A DNA stretch of 64,000 nucleotides from Octopus sinensis. Lineage: Eukaryota. How positions within the stretch are numbered: position 1 is the first letter of the stretch; each line of letters starts with the position of its first letter. The notes under the pieces are model-generated. The model ran no database searches. It was given only the letters and a program-made list of their open reading frames with translations, and was not told the DNA's origin. Positions 12,852 to 26,931 of this stretch are shown here, piece by piece. The stretch lies in contig NC_042997.1 in assembly GCF_006345805.1 (NCBI RefSeq), forward strand, positions 121,272,001-121,336,000, read 5' to 3'. The position numbers and the translations under genes were made by a program.

Positions 12852-14059
12852 CATTGTGTATAATTTCTTACGATGTTCTATTGTCTTATTACTTCAATTC
12901 TTTTCGGATTATTCACGTGCTTCATCTTTAATCAGAATTTGGCTTTTATTTACCGAGAACTAAAGACAAAGACGCCAAAATTATTTATTATACCTGATAT
13001 TCGCTCAAAGATTAACATTATTAAAGAGTGAAACTGGAGGTTTTCTTATTCAGAAGAGATTCCATTCAAATTGTCATCTCTTATAGTTCAATGGAAATAA
13101 GTTAGTTTTTTGTTTTCTTTTCGAAAATCTTCATTACCTTTGATTAGAGATCAAGTTATAATAATGTTAATGAAAAGGAGCTAAAAAAACTTCGAGAAAC
13201 TAATTTCAAACTGTGTAGGAACTGATAAAATATATACTCTTCAGTAGTTTAATTCAGCAAGCAGTCTATTAAATGGTTATTTCAAATACAATAAATCGAT
13301 TAGAAGGACTCAAGCTGTATAATTACATTTAAAGGAAGAAATGAGAAACGATAATTATATTTTCAAATACTTGTGTAACAGGTTCTTCCAAGTGTAGATT
13401 CGAATGTATTCTCTTTTTATCAGCGTATGCATTTTATTCTGCACGTTTTGAATTCCCCAGAAAATATTAGTCTTCTAAGGTGTACTCATAAATTTGAGGA
13501 CTTTCTAAAGAATTTCTCTAACTCAGATATCAAAAGTGTTTCGTAGGAACATCTAATTTAACCGTTTTTTCTTCTTTTCTTTGTGTTATTTGATAGCATT
13601 GAGATAACGGTAAATTGTATCATTCAGGACAATGATTACATCAAAATATTGGTTTTCCATTTTGGCACAAAGCCTGCAATTTCTGGGGGAAGGGTAGGTC
13701 GATTAGAATAATCTCAGAACTGAGCTGTTACTTATTTTATCGATCCCCAAAATAATGAAAGTCAAAGTCGACCTCGGCAGAATTTGAACCCAGAACATCT
13801 GACTATTGTAGAGGCTCAACATGTTTCCTCTATTAGAATTGATTTGGGACTAAACTGCAAGAAGATTCAGTGTCTGACGAGCAAGCACTCTGGAAACGTT
13901 TCATTTTCCATCATCTCAGTTACTCTCTCAATATATAACGATCACTCTGTAGGCTCGTTCATTAGCCCTTATTTTATGATCAGAATAAATAATCATCTAC
14001 TGTATGGGAAAATAGAGCATATTTTTTCACTCATTGGACTTTGAAGAGTTTTAGCTATT

Positions 14060-14450
14060 TTTGTAAGTCTGGTACTTATTCTATAAGTTTGTTTTGCCGA
14101 ACCGCAAGTTAAAAGGACATAACCAAACTAAAGGCATAAAAAAATTAAAGTCTGTTGTCAAGCGATGTCGGTGGGAGGGGACAATCGGAGATACAATAAC
14201 ATGCACACAGTTGCGCACATATAACACATATATATGTGTGTGAAAGTGCGTGTGTGTGGTGAGCGAGGTTTTGTTTTGTGTGTGTGTGTTTATATATACA
14301 GTGGGTATCTATGTATACTCCATCCAAGTTTTCTCACAAGACATTGTTCGAAGCGGGATTATAGTCAAAGACACTTGCACAGACAAAGTGTTGCGCAGTA
14401 GAATTGAACCTGAATCCACGAGGTAATTTCAAAGTAAGCTTTTTAGCCAC
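14060..14450 (-). mobile_element. Degenerate SINE family B
   Basis: gtacttattctataagtttgttttgccgaaccg, ttgtcaagcgatg and agacacttgc blocks. Confidence 0.65.
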
Positions 14451-14656
14451 AATTTCTACAGAAATTAAAAATGAAAGATTAAATCTTTATATTCTGACAT
14501 AGGACATTCTAAACATCTCTTAGAACACAGTTACTATATTAGGGAAATGTTGTTCAAGCCCTGTTGATATAAATAATGAAGTTCATAAATGGACCCCTGT
14601 GTCTTACGTTCCCTGATGCTGTAGCTCCCATGTCATTTATCTTAATTTAACATTTT

Positions 14657-14887
14657 TATTTATTTATTGCCCACAGGGGGCTAAACATAGAGGGGACAAA
14701 CAAGGACAGACAAGGGGATTAAATCGATTATATCTACCCCAGTGAGTGACTGGTACTTATTTAATCGACCCCGAAAGGATGAAAGGCAAAGTCGACCTCG
14801 ATGGATTTTGAACTCAGAACGTAACGGCAGACGAAATACCGCTAAGCATTTCACCCGTCGTGCTAACATTTCTGCCAGCTCGCTGCC
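14657..14887 (-). mobile_element. SINE family A monomer
   Basis: Reverse complement of the 8420 unit; ends gtgggcaataaa. Confidence 0.9.
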
Positions 14888-15114
14888 ATTGATAATGTGT
14901 TACATCGTACCTTGAGATTCAAACATGGCCCATCTCTTCGGGTCGAAACACAGCAGATTTTTTTCAGAAAAAAAAAAGTAAAGAAACGGTTGTGCGTTTA
15001 TTTAATGCATCCTCAAAAGGAACACAAAGTCAAATTCAGGTATGATTTGAACTCAGTATTCAGAGGCCAGGGACGAGTAGTGTAAGAGATTTTAACCGGC
15101 ACTCAAAATATTGG

Positions 15115-15305
15115 TTTCATACTTTGGCTGAATACAAGAAATTTCGGGAGAGGAGGTAAGTCGATTACATCGATTCCAGTAATCTACTGGTCCTTATTTT
15201 ATCAACCCCCGTAAAGATGAAGGGCAAATCGACCTCGGCGAAATTTGAATTCAGACGGTAAAGGCAGAGTAAATGTCACTCAGCATTTTCTCCGTCGTGC
15301 TAACG
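15115..15305 (-). mobile_element. SINE family A variant with alternative tail
   Basis: Core cgacctcggcgaaatttga present; tail ggagaggaggtaagtcgatt differs from the main family and matches the type at 13650-13800, 35460-35520 and 60355-60420. Confidence 0.75.
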
Positions 15306-15309
15306 ATTT

Positions 15310-15726
15310 TTATTTCTCTATTGCCCACATGGGGCTAAACATAGAGGGGACAAACAAGGAGAGACAAATAGATTAAGTCGATTACATCGACTCTAATGCC
15401 TAACTGGTATTTAATTTATCGACTCCGAAAGGATAAAAGGCAATGTCGACCTCGGCGGAATTTGAACTCAGAACGTAGCAGCAGACGAAATACCTATTTC
15501 TTTACTACCCACAAGGGGCTAAACACAGAGCGAACAAACAAGGACATACACACGGATTTAGTTGATTACATCGACCCGAGAGCGTAACTGGTACTTATTT
15601 AATCGACCCCGAAAAGATGAAAGGCAAAGTCAACTTCGGCGGAATTTGAACTTAGAACGTAGCGGCAGATGAAATACTACTAAGCATTTCGCTCGGCGTA
15701 CTAACTTTTCTGCCAGCTCGTCGCTT
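15310..15726 (-). mobile_element. SINE family A tandem dimer
   Basis: Two units joined at gcagacgaaatacctatttctttactacccac (~15481-15512). Confidence 0.9.
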
Positions 15727-17429
15727 TCAACGCTCTCAATATTAAATTACATGGAATATGTATTGTATGAGTTGTTATAGATTGTGTAGAATGCGTGATG
15801 TGTCTCTTCTAATATCACCATGACGAAATAGTTGGATGGGATTAATATCGGCCTTCTGTGTCACTGAAATCCTTTTGGGATTGACATTTTTGATCTCGTA
15901 AACAGCTTTGGTGAATAAATTTATCCAACTCTCTGGATATCAATGTCTTATGGTATTTATTGTTATATTTAGCGGTTATACGATTCTTTTCTATCGGTTT
16001 AATAAAAGAAGCTGAAATTTGGAAATTAATCTTCGTCTTAGTTACTTCTTTTGACGGTGCAAACAAAATATTGCTATCTATACGTGGATATTGCATATAA
16101 GAAAAAAAGTCACCTTGCGATATAATTATTGTCTGAAATTTACATGAAACACTCCAGTTTCTTGGGAGAAAACTTACGGTTTTCTAACTTGAGCACGATG
16201 CTTTAAATGTGAGGAAGTGCATAGATTAAATAACCATACAAGAAGACTTCTGAAGTTAAATTACTGATTTTAGAGTGACTGAAACAGAAAACTCGCGTTC
16301 GACGAAGTCTGAACGCAGAGCTCAAATAAATGCAACGAAATATAACAGAGCATCTGTTCCGCTACTCACAACAAGATACCAATACATTGCTATTTTTTGT
16401 GGATTATCTAATAGTGATCTCCCGAGGGTGGTGGATTAGCATAGTCAGAGATTTAGCAGTCAAAATACTTGCGTTATATAAACCTAAGACTCGATTATCT
16501 GACGTCGGAGCTCACTGTGGTTACTATATCAATTTAATGTTCTTCCGCCAGATATTACTTATTATTTGGAACCAGTCAAAATAAGGTCCTTATTTTAAGC
16601 AGCTATAAACTTCACCGAATTCCTACAGTTTCGTGGCCAAAGCTTTGTGCTAAACATTATTTTAATACCATTTTGACATTGACAATTTCAAAACCTTCCA
16701 ATACGCTTATGACATTAAAATGACTTCAATCCTTACTAACATAAATTTTGTTTGTTTCTTTTTTTTATTATTATAATTAAAGAAATAGTAATTAAGGACC
16801 AAGAAATCGACAGATAGTCTCAGTCAGCAAAACGTATGAAATTTGGTACGATATATTCTGTGTATTTTTGTTAAGAATATATGTTTAAAGTTTACTTGTA
16901 AATTATTTACTGCAATACACGCAATCTGACATAGAAATAAAGCTCTCAAGAAGCTGTATTACATTTTCTTCTCCGCATTATTCGGCTATTAAGTATTTCT
17001 CTTTAGCTGATACGTCTTCTTTTTTTAATTACACCAGAAATATTGTCAATACAATACTTGGAATAGCACCCGGTTGAAAATAATCTACAGTTCACGGAAC
17101 CAGGACAGAACCATATATGAAATCCGCCATTCCACTTGCTGGGTATAGAAGTCAAATTTTCCTCCAATCATATCGCATCATAAGAAAGAAAAATATGACA
17201 CATAGTAATAAACTGATTTCAAATTTTGAGACGAGGCTACCAAGTTCGAGGGAAGGTATAAGTCAAATGCAACAAGTACTCACCTAGTACTTATTCTATT
17301 GACTGCAGAACGTAAAGACGGACGAAATGCCGCAAAGCATTATACCAGGAGTGCTAACAGTACTGCCAGCTCGCCGTCTTATATATCATATATATACTAA
17401 AGGTATTATTATGTATATTTTATCTATTA

Positions 17430-17610
17430 TTCCTTTGTCATTAGACTGCGACCATGCTGGGGCACCGCCTTGAAGGATTTTAGACGAGCAAATCCACCCC
17501 AGAACTTACGTGTTGAGCCTGGTACTTATCCCATCGGTCCATTTTTTCCGGAATACATCAACACCAGTTGTCAAGCGGTTGTGGGTCACACGCACACATA
17601 CACACACGCG

Positions 17611-17671
<61 letters not shown>

Positions 17672-18022
17672 ACAAACACACACAAACACACACACACATG
17701 CATATATATATATATATTCTTTGTAAGCCCAGTACTTATTCTATCGGTCTCTTTTGCCGAACCGCTAAGTGACGGGGACGGGTTGCCAAGCAATGCTAGG
17801 GGGACAAACACAGACACACAAACACACACACATACACATATATATACATATACACATATACGACAGGCTTCTTTCAGTTTCCGTCTACCAAATCCACTCA
17901 CAAGGCATTGGTCGGCCCGGGCTATCGCAGAAGACACTTACCCAAAATGCCACGCAGTGGGACTGAACCCGGAACCATGTGGCTGGTTAGCAAGCTACTT
18001 ACCACACAGCCACTCCTGCGTC
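17430..18022 (-). mobile_element. SINE family B, full length with expanded internal (CA)n
   Basis: Head (rc) gcaggagtggctgtgtggtaagtagcttg at ~18020; tail at 17430. Confidence 0.9.
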
Positions 18023-18054
<32 letters not shown>

Positions 18055-18064
18055 ATATATATCG

Positions 18065-18686
<622 letters not shown>

Positions 18687-19089
18687 GCAAATGCATTCCG
18701 AAAGCTTTGGTTGGCTGGAAGCTATAGTAGACGACACTTCCCAGGATACCATGCAGTGCGACTCAAAGCAGAACACTTTCGTTGGAAAGCCAACTTCTCA
18801 TTATACAGTCATGCTCGCCTCTATGAATGAAATAAGTGGCCAACGACACTTAGAAATGATCCGTGCAATCATGGCTACTCTGGCTGGAGGGAAAAGACAA
18901 TAACAATGCCCGAAATTGCCTAATGCTCTGCTGCTGTATTTTCTTATCATTGTGTGTGATTGGGCATTATTCAGTTCTCATTCCACAGTCACATACAAGA
19001 GAAAACCAAGCAACTGAGAATAATTAGGTTAAGAACCCTGAAAACTTGCATTAATTATGGAAATATTTAACATCTGGTAAGACGCGTAG

Positions 19090-19480
19090 TTGTTGTTGGA
19101 TGTGTTGTTGGCATTCCGTCGCTTACGACGACGAGGGTTCCAGTTGATCCGATTCAACGGAACAGCCTGCTCGTGAAATTAACGTGCAAGTGACTGAGCA
19201 TTTCACAGACACTTGAACCCGTAACGTACTTCTGGGCCATATTCAGCGTGACACAGAGTGTGACAAGGCTGGCCCTTTGAATTACAGACACAACAGAAAC
19301 AGGAAATAAGAGTGAGAGAAAGTTTTGGTGAAAGAGTACAGCAGGGTTCGTCACCATCCCCTGCCGGAACCTCGTGGAGCTTTTAGGTGCTTTCGCTCAA
19401 TAAACACTCACAACGCCCGGTCTGGGAATCGAAGCCATGATCCTATGACCGCCAGTCCGCTACCCTAACCAATGGGCCAT
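19090..19480 (-). mobile_element. SINE family C, tail type 2 ending in (AAC)n
   Basis: Head and body shared with 18200-18365; different 3' region from ~19300 to 19090. Confidence 0.85.
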
Positions 19481-20035
19481 TGTTGTTTGATGTAATGCAT
19501 CAGAAAGTATTAAATTCATTAAGAAAAATCTTGTTGACGATGATCGTAAAGTATATTCTTCTTGACTGTTCCAAGGTTGGATATTCTACCCGTTCCGTTA
19601 GCTTTACTTATGAATATTTATGTTCGGTAAACGACTCATACCAAAAGGGCTTCCTTTTCAGGTTTTATAAGAATTTAATGCGCAATGTGATACAAATATG
19701 CATTCATGTTAAAATATCAATATGCATCTCTCTGAATGATGCTGTATCATGTAATTTAAACCAAGGGATTAAATCAAATAGATATTTTAATCCGAGCATA
19801 TACCATGCAAATATAGATGCGAATGTAATATCTTCTCAGATGAATATGAGTTCGGAAAGCAGACGGACACCAATTGTATGCCTTATAAAACAAGCATAAA
19901 ATATGGCGCCAAAGTTAATACATTTCTAGAAAAAAAATGTACTAAAACAAAAGCAAGTGTAATATTAAAAAATGCTCAGAGACAAAGTCATCAGAATTAA
20001 TTTGTTTTCTTTTTCTTTCTATGCAATAACCCACC

Positions 20036-20037
20036 AT

Positions 20038-20084
<47 letters not shown>

Positions 20085-20088
20085 AATG

Positions 20089-20120
<32 letters not shown>

Positions 20121-20272
20121 GATGATGATGATGATAAGGAGAAAAAGAAGAAAAGAAAAAGTAGAAGAAGAAGAATTTTACTTATTTACCGTTTATTATT
20201 ACTATCATTCTCACATCGTCAGCGTCATTATCATCATCATCATCATCATCATCAACATCATCATCACGATTT
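20036..20272. repeat. (GAT)n, (GAA)-rich and (CAT)n trinucleotide cluster
   Basis: Direct reading. Confidence 0.9.
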
Positions 20273-20742
20273 CATAGTATTTTGCTTGCCTTGAGTGCGC
20301 TGCCGAACGCAAAATATTATGAAATAGGTATCAGAATTGTGCTTTTGTGGATAAAAAAAAGCTGTAACTAAATTGCTCTGCCTGATACGTGTTCACTGAG
20401 CATCAGTTTTATATTTTGTATCGTAAACATTTGCCTGCTTGTCTTTCTACCATCAGACAAGTACTTATAATTTTAAAGATATTTCCTATACGTTCAATCC
20501 TCGAGTATGGCTTTAAAATTAAAGAGCATGAAACTGATAGATTAGTTAATACTACGTCAACAGTGCCCGGAAGTCTAAGTTACTCTGCGACAATTACATA
20601 TGAATAAGTCTCTTTCAACAATACCGTAGATTCCTAAGTAGCATTTTACGTAGTCAAAGCAGAAGGAAGGACGCACAAAATATCTCAGCCTGCGTTAGTC
20701 TACACCAAGAAAATAAAATCTGCATCGTGAGTTGCATTCAAG

Positions 20743-20820
20743 CGCCAGTGATTAGAAACCACATTCGCCAGTGATTAGAAACCACATTCGCCAGTGATTA
20801 GAAACCACATTCGCCAGTGA
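20743..20820. repeat. 23-bp minisatellite (cgccagtgattagaaaccacatt), ~3.3 copies
   Basis: Units start at 20743, 20766, 20789 and 20812. Confidence 0.95.
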
Positions 20821-21034
20821 ATATAAATCACAATGAGTAGAACCCACTGTAGTAAAAGAGTCGTAGTTCGTACGTAGTTCCAGTTATTACCCTAAATTAG
20901 CGGCTGCAAATAATATAAAATATATATTTAGATGCGGAAATCTATTGATAACCTATAAAAGATGATAGCATCAATTCATAAAAGCTGTAGAGGTAAGATA
21001 GCATCTGTAAAGCTATACTGATTAACGTTTATGT

Positions 21035-21250
21035 CAGCATCATGATCGTAAGATTGTGGTTTCGATTCATGTAACGAAAGACGCGTTGTGTTCTTGAGCA
21101 AAACGACTTCATTTCACGTTGCCCCAGTCCACTCAGCTGGCAAAAATGAGTAACGCTGCGATAGACTGGCGTCCCGTCGAGCTGGGGAACACATACGCCG
21201 TTGAAACCAGGAAACTGGGCCCATGAGTCTGGCTATGCTTTAAAAAGGCG
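21035..21250 (+). mobile_element. SINE with degenerate tRNA head, gtccactcagctg..aatgagta core and tail shared with family C type 3
   Basis: Tail gaaaccaggaaactgggcccatgagtctggct matches 28040-28075 and rc 60675-60720. Confidence 0.7.
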
Positions 21251-21539
21251 CATTTATTATTATTATTAATAATATTAAGCATGTTTTCGGCTATACCTGG
21301 AACCTAATAAATGTTATATTTCAGAAGTTTTGAAATTAAGTTAAACTTGGTCGGAAGATAATCAGAATAAAGTGGTGTGTCATAACGCCCCATATTTGAT
21401 TCCAATACGATATTTGTTCATGGTTAATGATAGTATGCCAGATTGATTTGCATCAATTTATACCGCCACAAATATACACTCAAACACATACATACATACA
21501 TACATACATACATACATACATACATACATACATTATACA

Positions 21540-21742
21540 GCCGTCCAAGAATTTGGAGCTGAAGATCTCCATTTCCAGCGACTTCGGGGTCCACCTTCCA
21601 GTGGTGTCGGGTGGCAACGAAGAGCCCTCGGCTACAACAATGCGACTGAGTTTTTTTTTTCCAAGGTCTGGGATCTCCCGTCCCTAAGCCCTAGACCATC
21701 ACCTAATTACCCTTACCCGTCTTGTTGCTTAACAACAACAAC
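21540..21742 (+). mobile_element. ~210-bp (AAC)n-tailed retroposon (family E), copy 1
   Basis: Clearly alignable with 28368-28586 and 54770-54975. Confidence 0.85.
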
Positions 21743-22801
21743 TATATGTACACACATGCACAAACACACACATATATGTATATGTGAATATGTGTATATG
21801 TGTGCTTGTGCGCGTGAATATATGCGTGCGTGCGCGTACACAAAATAAACATCTGTGCACAAAAATCGAACTTGGAATTTCTACAACAAATAAATGTTTA
21901 GGGGGAAAGTTTCTTCCAGATCTTAATGCTATCAAGAGATTTTAAAATGTATTTAAAAAGCAAAGATCACGTTTACTTCGTCTTTATTCCTTCAAATACA
22001 CTCCTGTTCTGGGAAATTTAATTTAATTTAATTTATCTTAATGCACACAGGTGGTGATGAAGATTAACAGTATAAAAATTAATAATCATATTATTCCGTT
22101 CTTTATTAACCAGAAATCATTCTCTTTCTAGATTTACTTCGATTTTTATGTGTTATTGATTTGTTTCATAGATTATAATGCATTAATAATATACATGATC
22201 TTACTTAAAAATAAAAACGTTATGAAATATTTCCTCAGATAGAATCAAATTTCCATTATAGAACTATATTTATAACTTTTCGCAACTGGATGGAAAATTT
22301 CCAGTATATACAAGAAGTAGAAATTATCAAATTGAATGACAATGTATGTGGATTATCCTTTTAATTTATGAATAGCTTTTGTTAATTTTGTCATAACTAT
22401 ATATTATTTTGCTTTTGATATTTTATACGTTTCCATTTAATCAAAGCTTATATGCACTTAGGAAGGCGTTTCCATTAGCTAATTAGCTGTTCCAGAGATT
22501 ACAAAATATATTTCAAAGTACAGTTCATCTCAGATGTCTGGGTCTTGGTTCAAACCAACACTAAGGATACTTTTGTAAGTTTTATTTCATCGAGTTTAAT
22601 AAAGTAAGACTAATCTAAATTATTTGACAGCATGAATAATGAATTAGCTGCACATACTTTAGAAATGGTGAACATAGGTGTGTTGGTTTTGTTAGAGATT
22701 TCGATTGTTAATTGATACAAGATCATAACTATCTGAAAGATTCCGGTGCACTTTTTTTATAAGTCACAGGTTTATATCTTGCGCCAAAATAGAATATTCT
22801 A

Positions 22802-23400
22802 AGGCGGCGAGCCGGCAGAAACGTTTGCACGCCGGGCGAAATGCCTAGCGGTATTTTGTCTGCCGTTGAGTTCTTAGTTCATATTCCGCCGAGGTCGACT
22901 TTGCCTTCCATCCATTCGGGGTCGATAAATTAAGTACCAGTGACGCACTGGGGTTGATATAATAGACTTAATCCGTCTGTCTGTCCTTGTTTGTTTCCTC
23001 TGTGTTTAGCCCCTTGTGGGTAGTAAAGAAATAGGTATTTTATCTGACGGCGTGTTTGCAGAAAGGTTAGTACGCCAGGCAAAATGTTTAGCGGTATTTC
23101 GTATGCTGTTACGTTCTGAGTTCAAATTCCGCCGAGGTCGACTTTGTCTTTCATCATTTCGGAGTCGATTAAATAAGTACCAGTTACGCACTGATGTCGA
23201 TATAATCGACGTAATCCGCTTGTCTGTCCTTGTTTGTCCTCTCTGTGTTTAGCCCATTGTGGGTAGTAAAGAAATAGGTATTTCGTCTGCCGCTACGTTG
23301 AGTTCAAATTCCGCCGAGGTCGATTTGCATTTCATCCTTTCAGGGTCGATTAAATAAGTACTAGTTACGCACTGGGGTCGATATAATCGACTTAATCCGT
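22802..23400 (+). mobile_element. SINE family A tandem trimer
   Basis: Three gaggtcgact..gtcgat cores; junctions gtgggtagtaaagaaataggtattt at ~23016-23040 and ~23260-23283. Confidence 0.9.
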
Positions 23401-24132
23401 GTGTTGGGAAAATTACATATATCTTGGTTTCACATTCACACTTAATATTCTGGGGTTTCAGTGATTAAGAAAGGTATTAATTGGAAATTGCATGTTTAGA
23501 AACGAGCTTCAAACAGATAATTACAAATATCCAAAAGGCAATCTTGACTTCCATCTTAATGTGGAGGTTGTCCTAGAACACAGAATACTACTTTATTTAT
23601 CATGAGAGCATCTCTCATATGGACTCGTTGTATATAGAGGCACAACTACGTATAACGTCGACGGACAAAGGCTCTCAGCTACAGCTGCCTGAATTGCCAG
23701 ATCACGTGACTTCAAACTGTTACGGGCTACTTAGTAACACATGTCCAGCAGAGACACAACAGCCCAGCGCCGTCGCATAACTTTTAGAGTCCCCCTGCAA
23801 CTTTTTGTTTCGAAGTCCCCGTCTCTTCTATCGTCATGCTTGACGTCTGTCAGTGATGAGTCTATGTCAGGGCAAAATCACATAACATACACACAAACAT
23901 GTAGATATACATATATGTGCGTGTGTGTGCATGTGTGTGTATGCATGTGTCTCTGTGTGTACTGGTGTGACTGTCTGTCTGTTTGTCTGTCTGTCTGTAT
24001 GTATGTATGTCGTCTGTATGTATGTATGTATGTATGTATGTATGTATGTATACATCAAGCTCTACATGACTCTTACGGGAGTCAACAAGGATAAAAAAAA
24101 CCTGTTAAATTTACTCATCGTTTTTTTTTTAT

Positions 24133-24295
24133 AGTGGTCGCTGTGTGGTAAGTAGCTTCCTAACGAACATCATGGTTCCGGGTTCAGTCCCACTTCGTGA
24201 CCCCTTCGGCAAGTGTCTTCTACTATAGCCTCGTGCCGACCAAATCCTTGTCAGTGGATTTGGTAGAGAAAAACTGAAAGAAGCCCGTCGTATAT
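24133..24295 (+). mobile_element. SINE family B, 5' half
   Basis: gtggtcgctgtgtggtaagtagcttcc..ggttcagtccc..gtggatttggtaga..gaagcccgtcg, then (TA)n(GA)n. Confidence 0.85.
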
Positions 24296-24300
24296 ATATG

Positions 24301-24431
<131 letters not shown>

Positions 24432-24797
24432 GAGAACGTTGGTGTGTGAAAGCACGTTTTGGATATATAGAAAATAGAAAAGAGTGAAAAAACTACAGAA
24501 GCTTGTTTTATAAGGTTAAAGAATATATTTAAGTCGTTATGTTAGAAGAATGTTATAAAAGTTTTTCATATAGTAACATAGTTTTTGAAGAAATTACCGA
24601 TTTCGTGTTAACTTTTCAAATTTCTCAAATGTCTTTACATACATCGTGTCATGTTTTCGTTATGCAGTGCAAAGAAGAGTTCCGGGCAGGGGGAGGTAAT
24701 AAGCAATTTCTTCCGGTATAAGGGAGATAATCGCTTTATATTACTTTTCCCTTATTTAATGGGATGAACTTCTCTGTATAAGATATTATATATATAT

Positions 24798-24856
<59 letters not shown>

Positions 24857-24894
24857 TATCTATATATATATTATATATATATATCATATATACT

Positions 24895-24925
<31 letters not shown>

Positions 24926-24999
24926 GTGTGTGTGTGTGTGTGTGTATATGATGTAGTATGTATGTATGTATGTATGTGTGTGCATATGTTTGTATGTAT

Positions 25000-25235
25000 G
25001 TATGTGTATGCATATGTTTGTATGTCTGTGTTTGTCCCCGCAACATCGCTTGACAACCGATGCTACTGTGTTTACGTCCCCGTAACCTAGCGGTTCAGCA
25101 ATAGAGATCGTTAGAATAAGTACTAGGATTACAAAGAATAAGTCCTGGGGTCGATTTGGCCGACTAAAGGCGGTGCTCCAGCATTGGCCACAGTCAAATG
25201 TCTGAAACAAGTAAAAGAGTAAAAGACTAAAAGAG
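25000..25235 (+). mobile_element. SINE family B, 3' half
   Basis: tgtgtttgtcccc..gcttgacaaccgatg..ggtgctccagcattggccacagtcaaatg. Confidence 0.85.
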
Positions 25236-25914
25236 TATACGGAGAATAAGTAAATTTGACATGTCCGTATGTAATTCTATTTGGTTTACACACGCATACA
25301 CACACACATACACACACATGCAGACACGAGCACAATCAAACACACGTTTGATTTCAATGAGTTCTTACAAGCATTGAGGACTCACACGAAGTGACCTACA
25401 TATAACTCTGAGCTATCGGAACACAGCAAACATTATCAATATATTTTGACGACTCTCCGGGACAGTCAGTCACAGTTTCCTTCCCCTTTCAACACCTTAA
25501 TCGATAACCAATTCACACTCCCACTACTAAATAGTATAAGGATAATGATGAACTTCACAACATCTCAAAACCCGTTCCAATAACTCCCTTCATAATTCTA
25601 CCTCCTACAATATTAAACCTCTCCTGCTTAGAACTTACGTATTCCTCTGGGATCGAAAAAAACCCAATCAATATATCGACTTTGATTCGATCGATTATAA
25701 TCCTTCTTTCAAATTATCGCCTCGTGGTTAATACAAGAAATCGTTAGTATTGGAAATAAACAACGGTGTTTCTGTAGTTACCATTCACAATATTTTCCAT
25801 TGATTCCACTACAAGTGCCAACAATAACCAACCATACTATTTCTACTGCTACTGCGGTTTATATGGCGATACGCAGCGCTATTTATACTCCTGCAGCATT
25901 AAATATTATTGATC

Positions 25915-26169
25915 ACGGCGGTGATGGTAGTGGTGGTGGTGGTGGTGGTGGTGGTGGTGGTGGTGGTGGTGGTGGTGGTGGCGGTGGCGGTGGTGATTGC
26001 GGTGGTTGTGCTGGGTGTAGTGGTGGTGGTCGTCGTCGTGGTGATAACGGTGACGACGATGATGTCGACGACGGCAATGAAGATCATGATCACGGGGATC
26101 GTGATAAACTCAGATGACGAAGTTGACATCGAAGATGATAATGTTCGTAATGATGATGATGATGATGAT

Positions 26170-26211
<42 letters not shown>

Positions 26212-26257
26212 ATGTAGTAGTAATAGTTGTAGTGGTAGTAGCAGCAGCAGCAATATT

Positions 26258-26300
<43 letters not shown>

Positions 26301-26465
26301 CAACAGCAGCAGCAGTAGTAGTAGTAGTAGTGGCGGCGGAGGTGGAGGCGGAGGCGGCAGCAGTGGTGATTGTGGTGGTGATAGTGGTGGTAGTGGTGGT
26401 GGTGGAGGTGGTAGTGGTGGTGGTAGTGGTGGTAGTGGTGGTGGTGGTGGTGGTGGTGGTGGCTG
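25915..26465. repeat. Chained trinucleotide microsatellite (GGT)/(GAC)/(GAT)/(GTA)/(GCA)/(GTG)
   Basis: Direct reading; source of the poly-G, poly-V and poly-T ORFs. Confidence 0.95.
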
Positions 26466-26931
26466 AAGAAGATTTGATAGAAGAAATTGATGAAGAAGTA
26501 CGTGTCGGATTTTCTTTTTTTTTTTCTTTTTTAAAGAATTTTCTGACCACAGAAAATGAATAAGGTTCTCTCACAGTTCTAATGTATTTAGCTGAAAAAC
26601 ATCGATTCACTGAGATTAACCTTGCAGACAGCTTTCTGTAAAATCTATGAAGATTTAAAGTCTCAAATCGACAGGCAAGACAAAGCAATTCCAGTAAACG
26701 TAAATTAATTGAAATTTCGGAACGAGACAGAAGTACCAAAAATGTATCGGACTTAAGAAACCTCTTCGGCAAGATATAATCTGCTGTTTTGTTAAGATTA
26801 AGGGAATCGATATCGATAAACAGAGGGAATGCAGTGTCATTCATATGTATGTAAAAAATATGTTGCGGGGATAATAACTCAAGAGTGCGCAGTGCATACC
26901 AATTGAAATGCTCATCTCACTATATTAGTTA

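Noticed and set aside
14600-14640. Minus-strand MGATASGN followed by gtaaga (myristoylation-like first exon)
   Set aside because: Eight codons directly beside a SINE; expected by chance in 64 kb.
15842-16584. ORFs of 84 aa on both strands and a small hairpin at 16295-16316
   Set aside because: No recognisable motif or splice architecture; lengths are within chance for AT-rich DNA.
20743-20820. Possible CRISPR-like array
   Set aside because: Contiguous identical units with no spacers, in a eukaryotic context.
25800-26563. Gly-rich, poly-Thr and poly-Val ORFs resembling structural or mucin proteins
   Set aside because: Both strands and several frames are open only because of trinucleotide repeats; no signal peptide or exon evidence.
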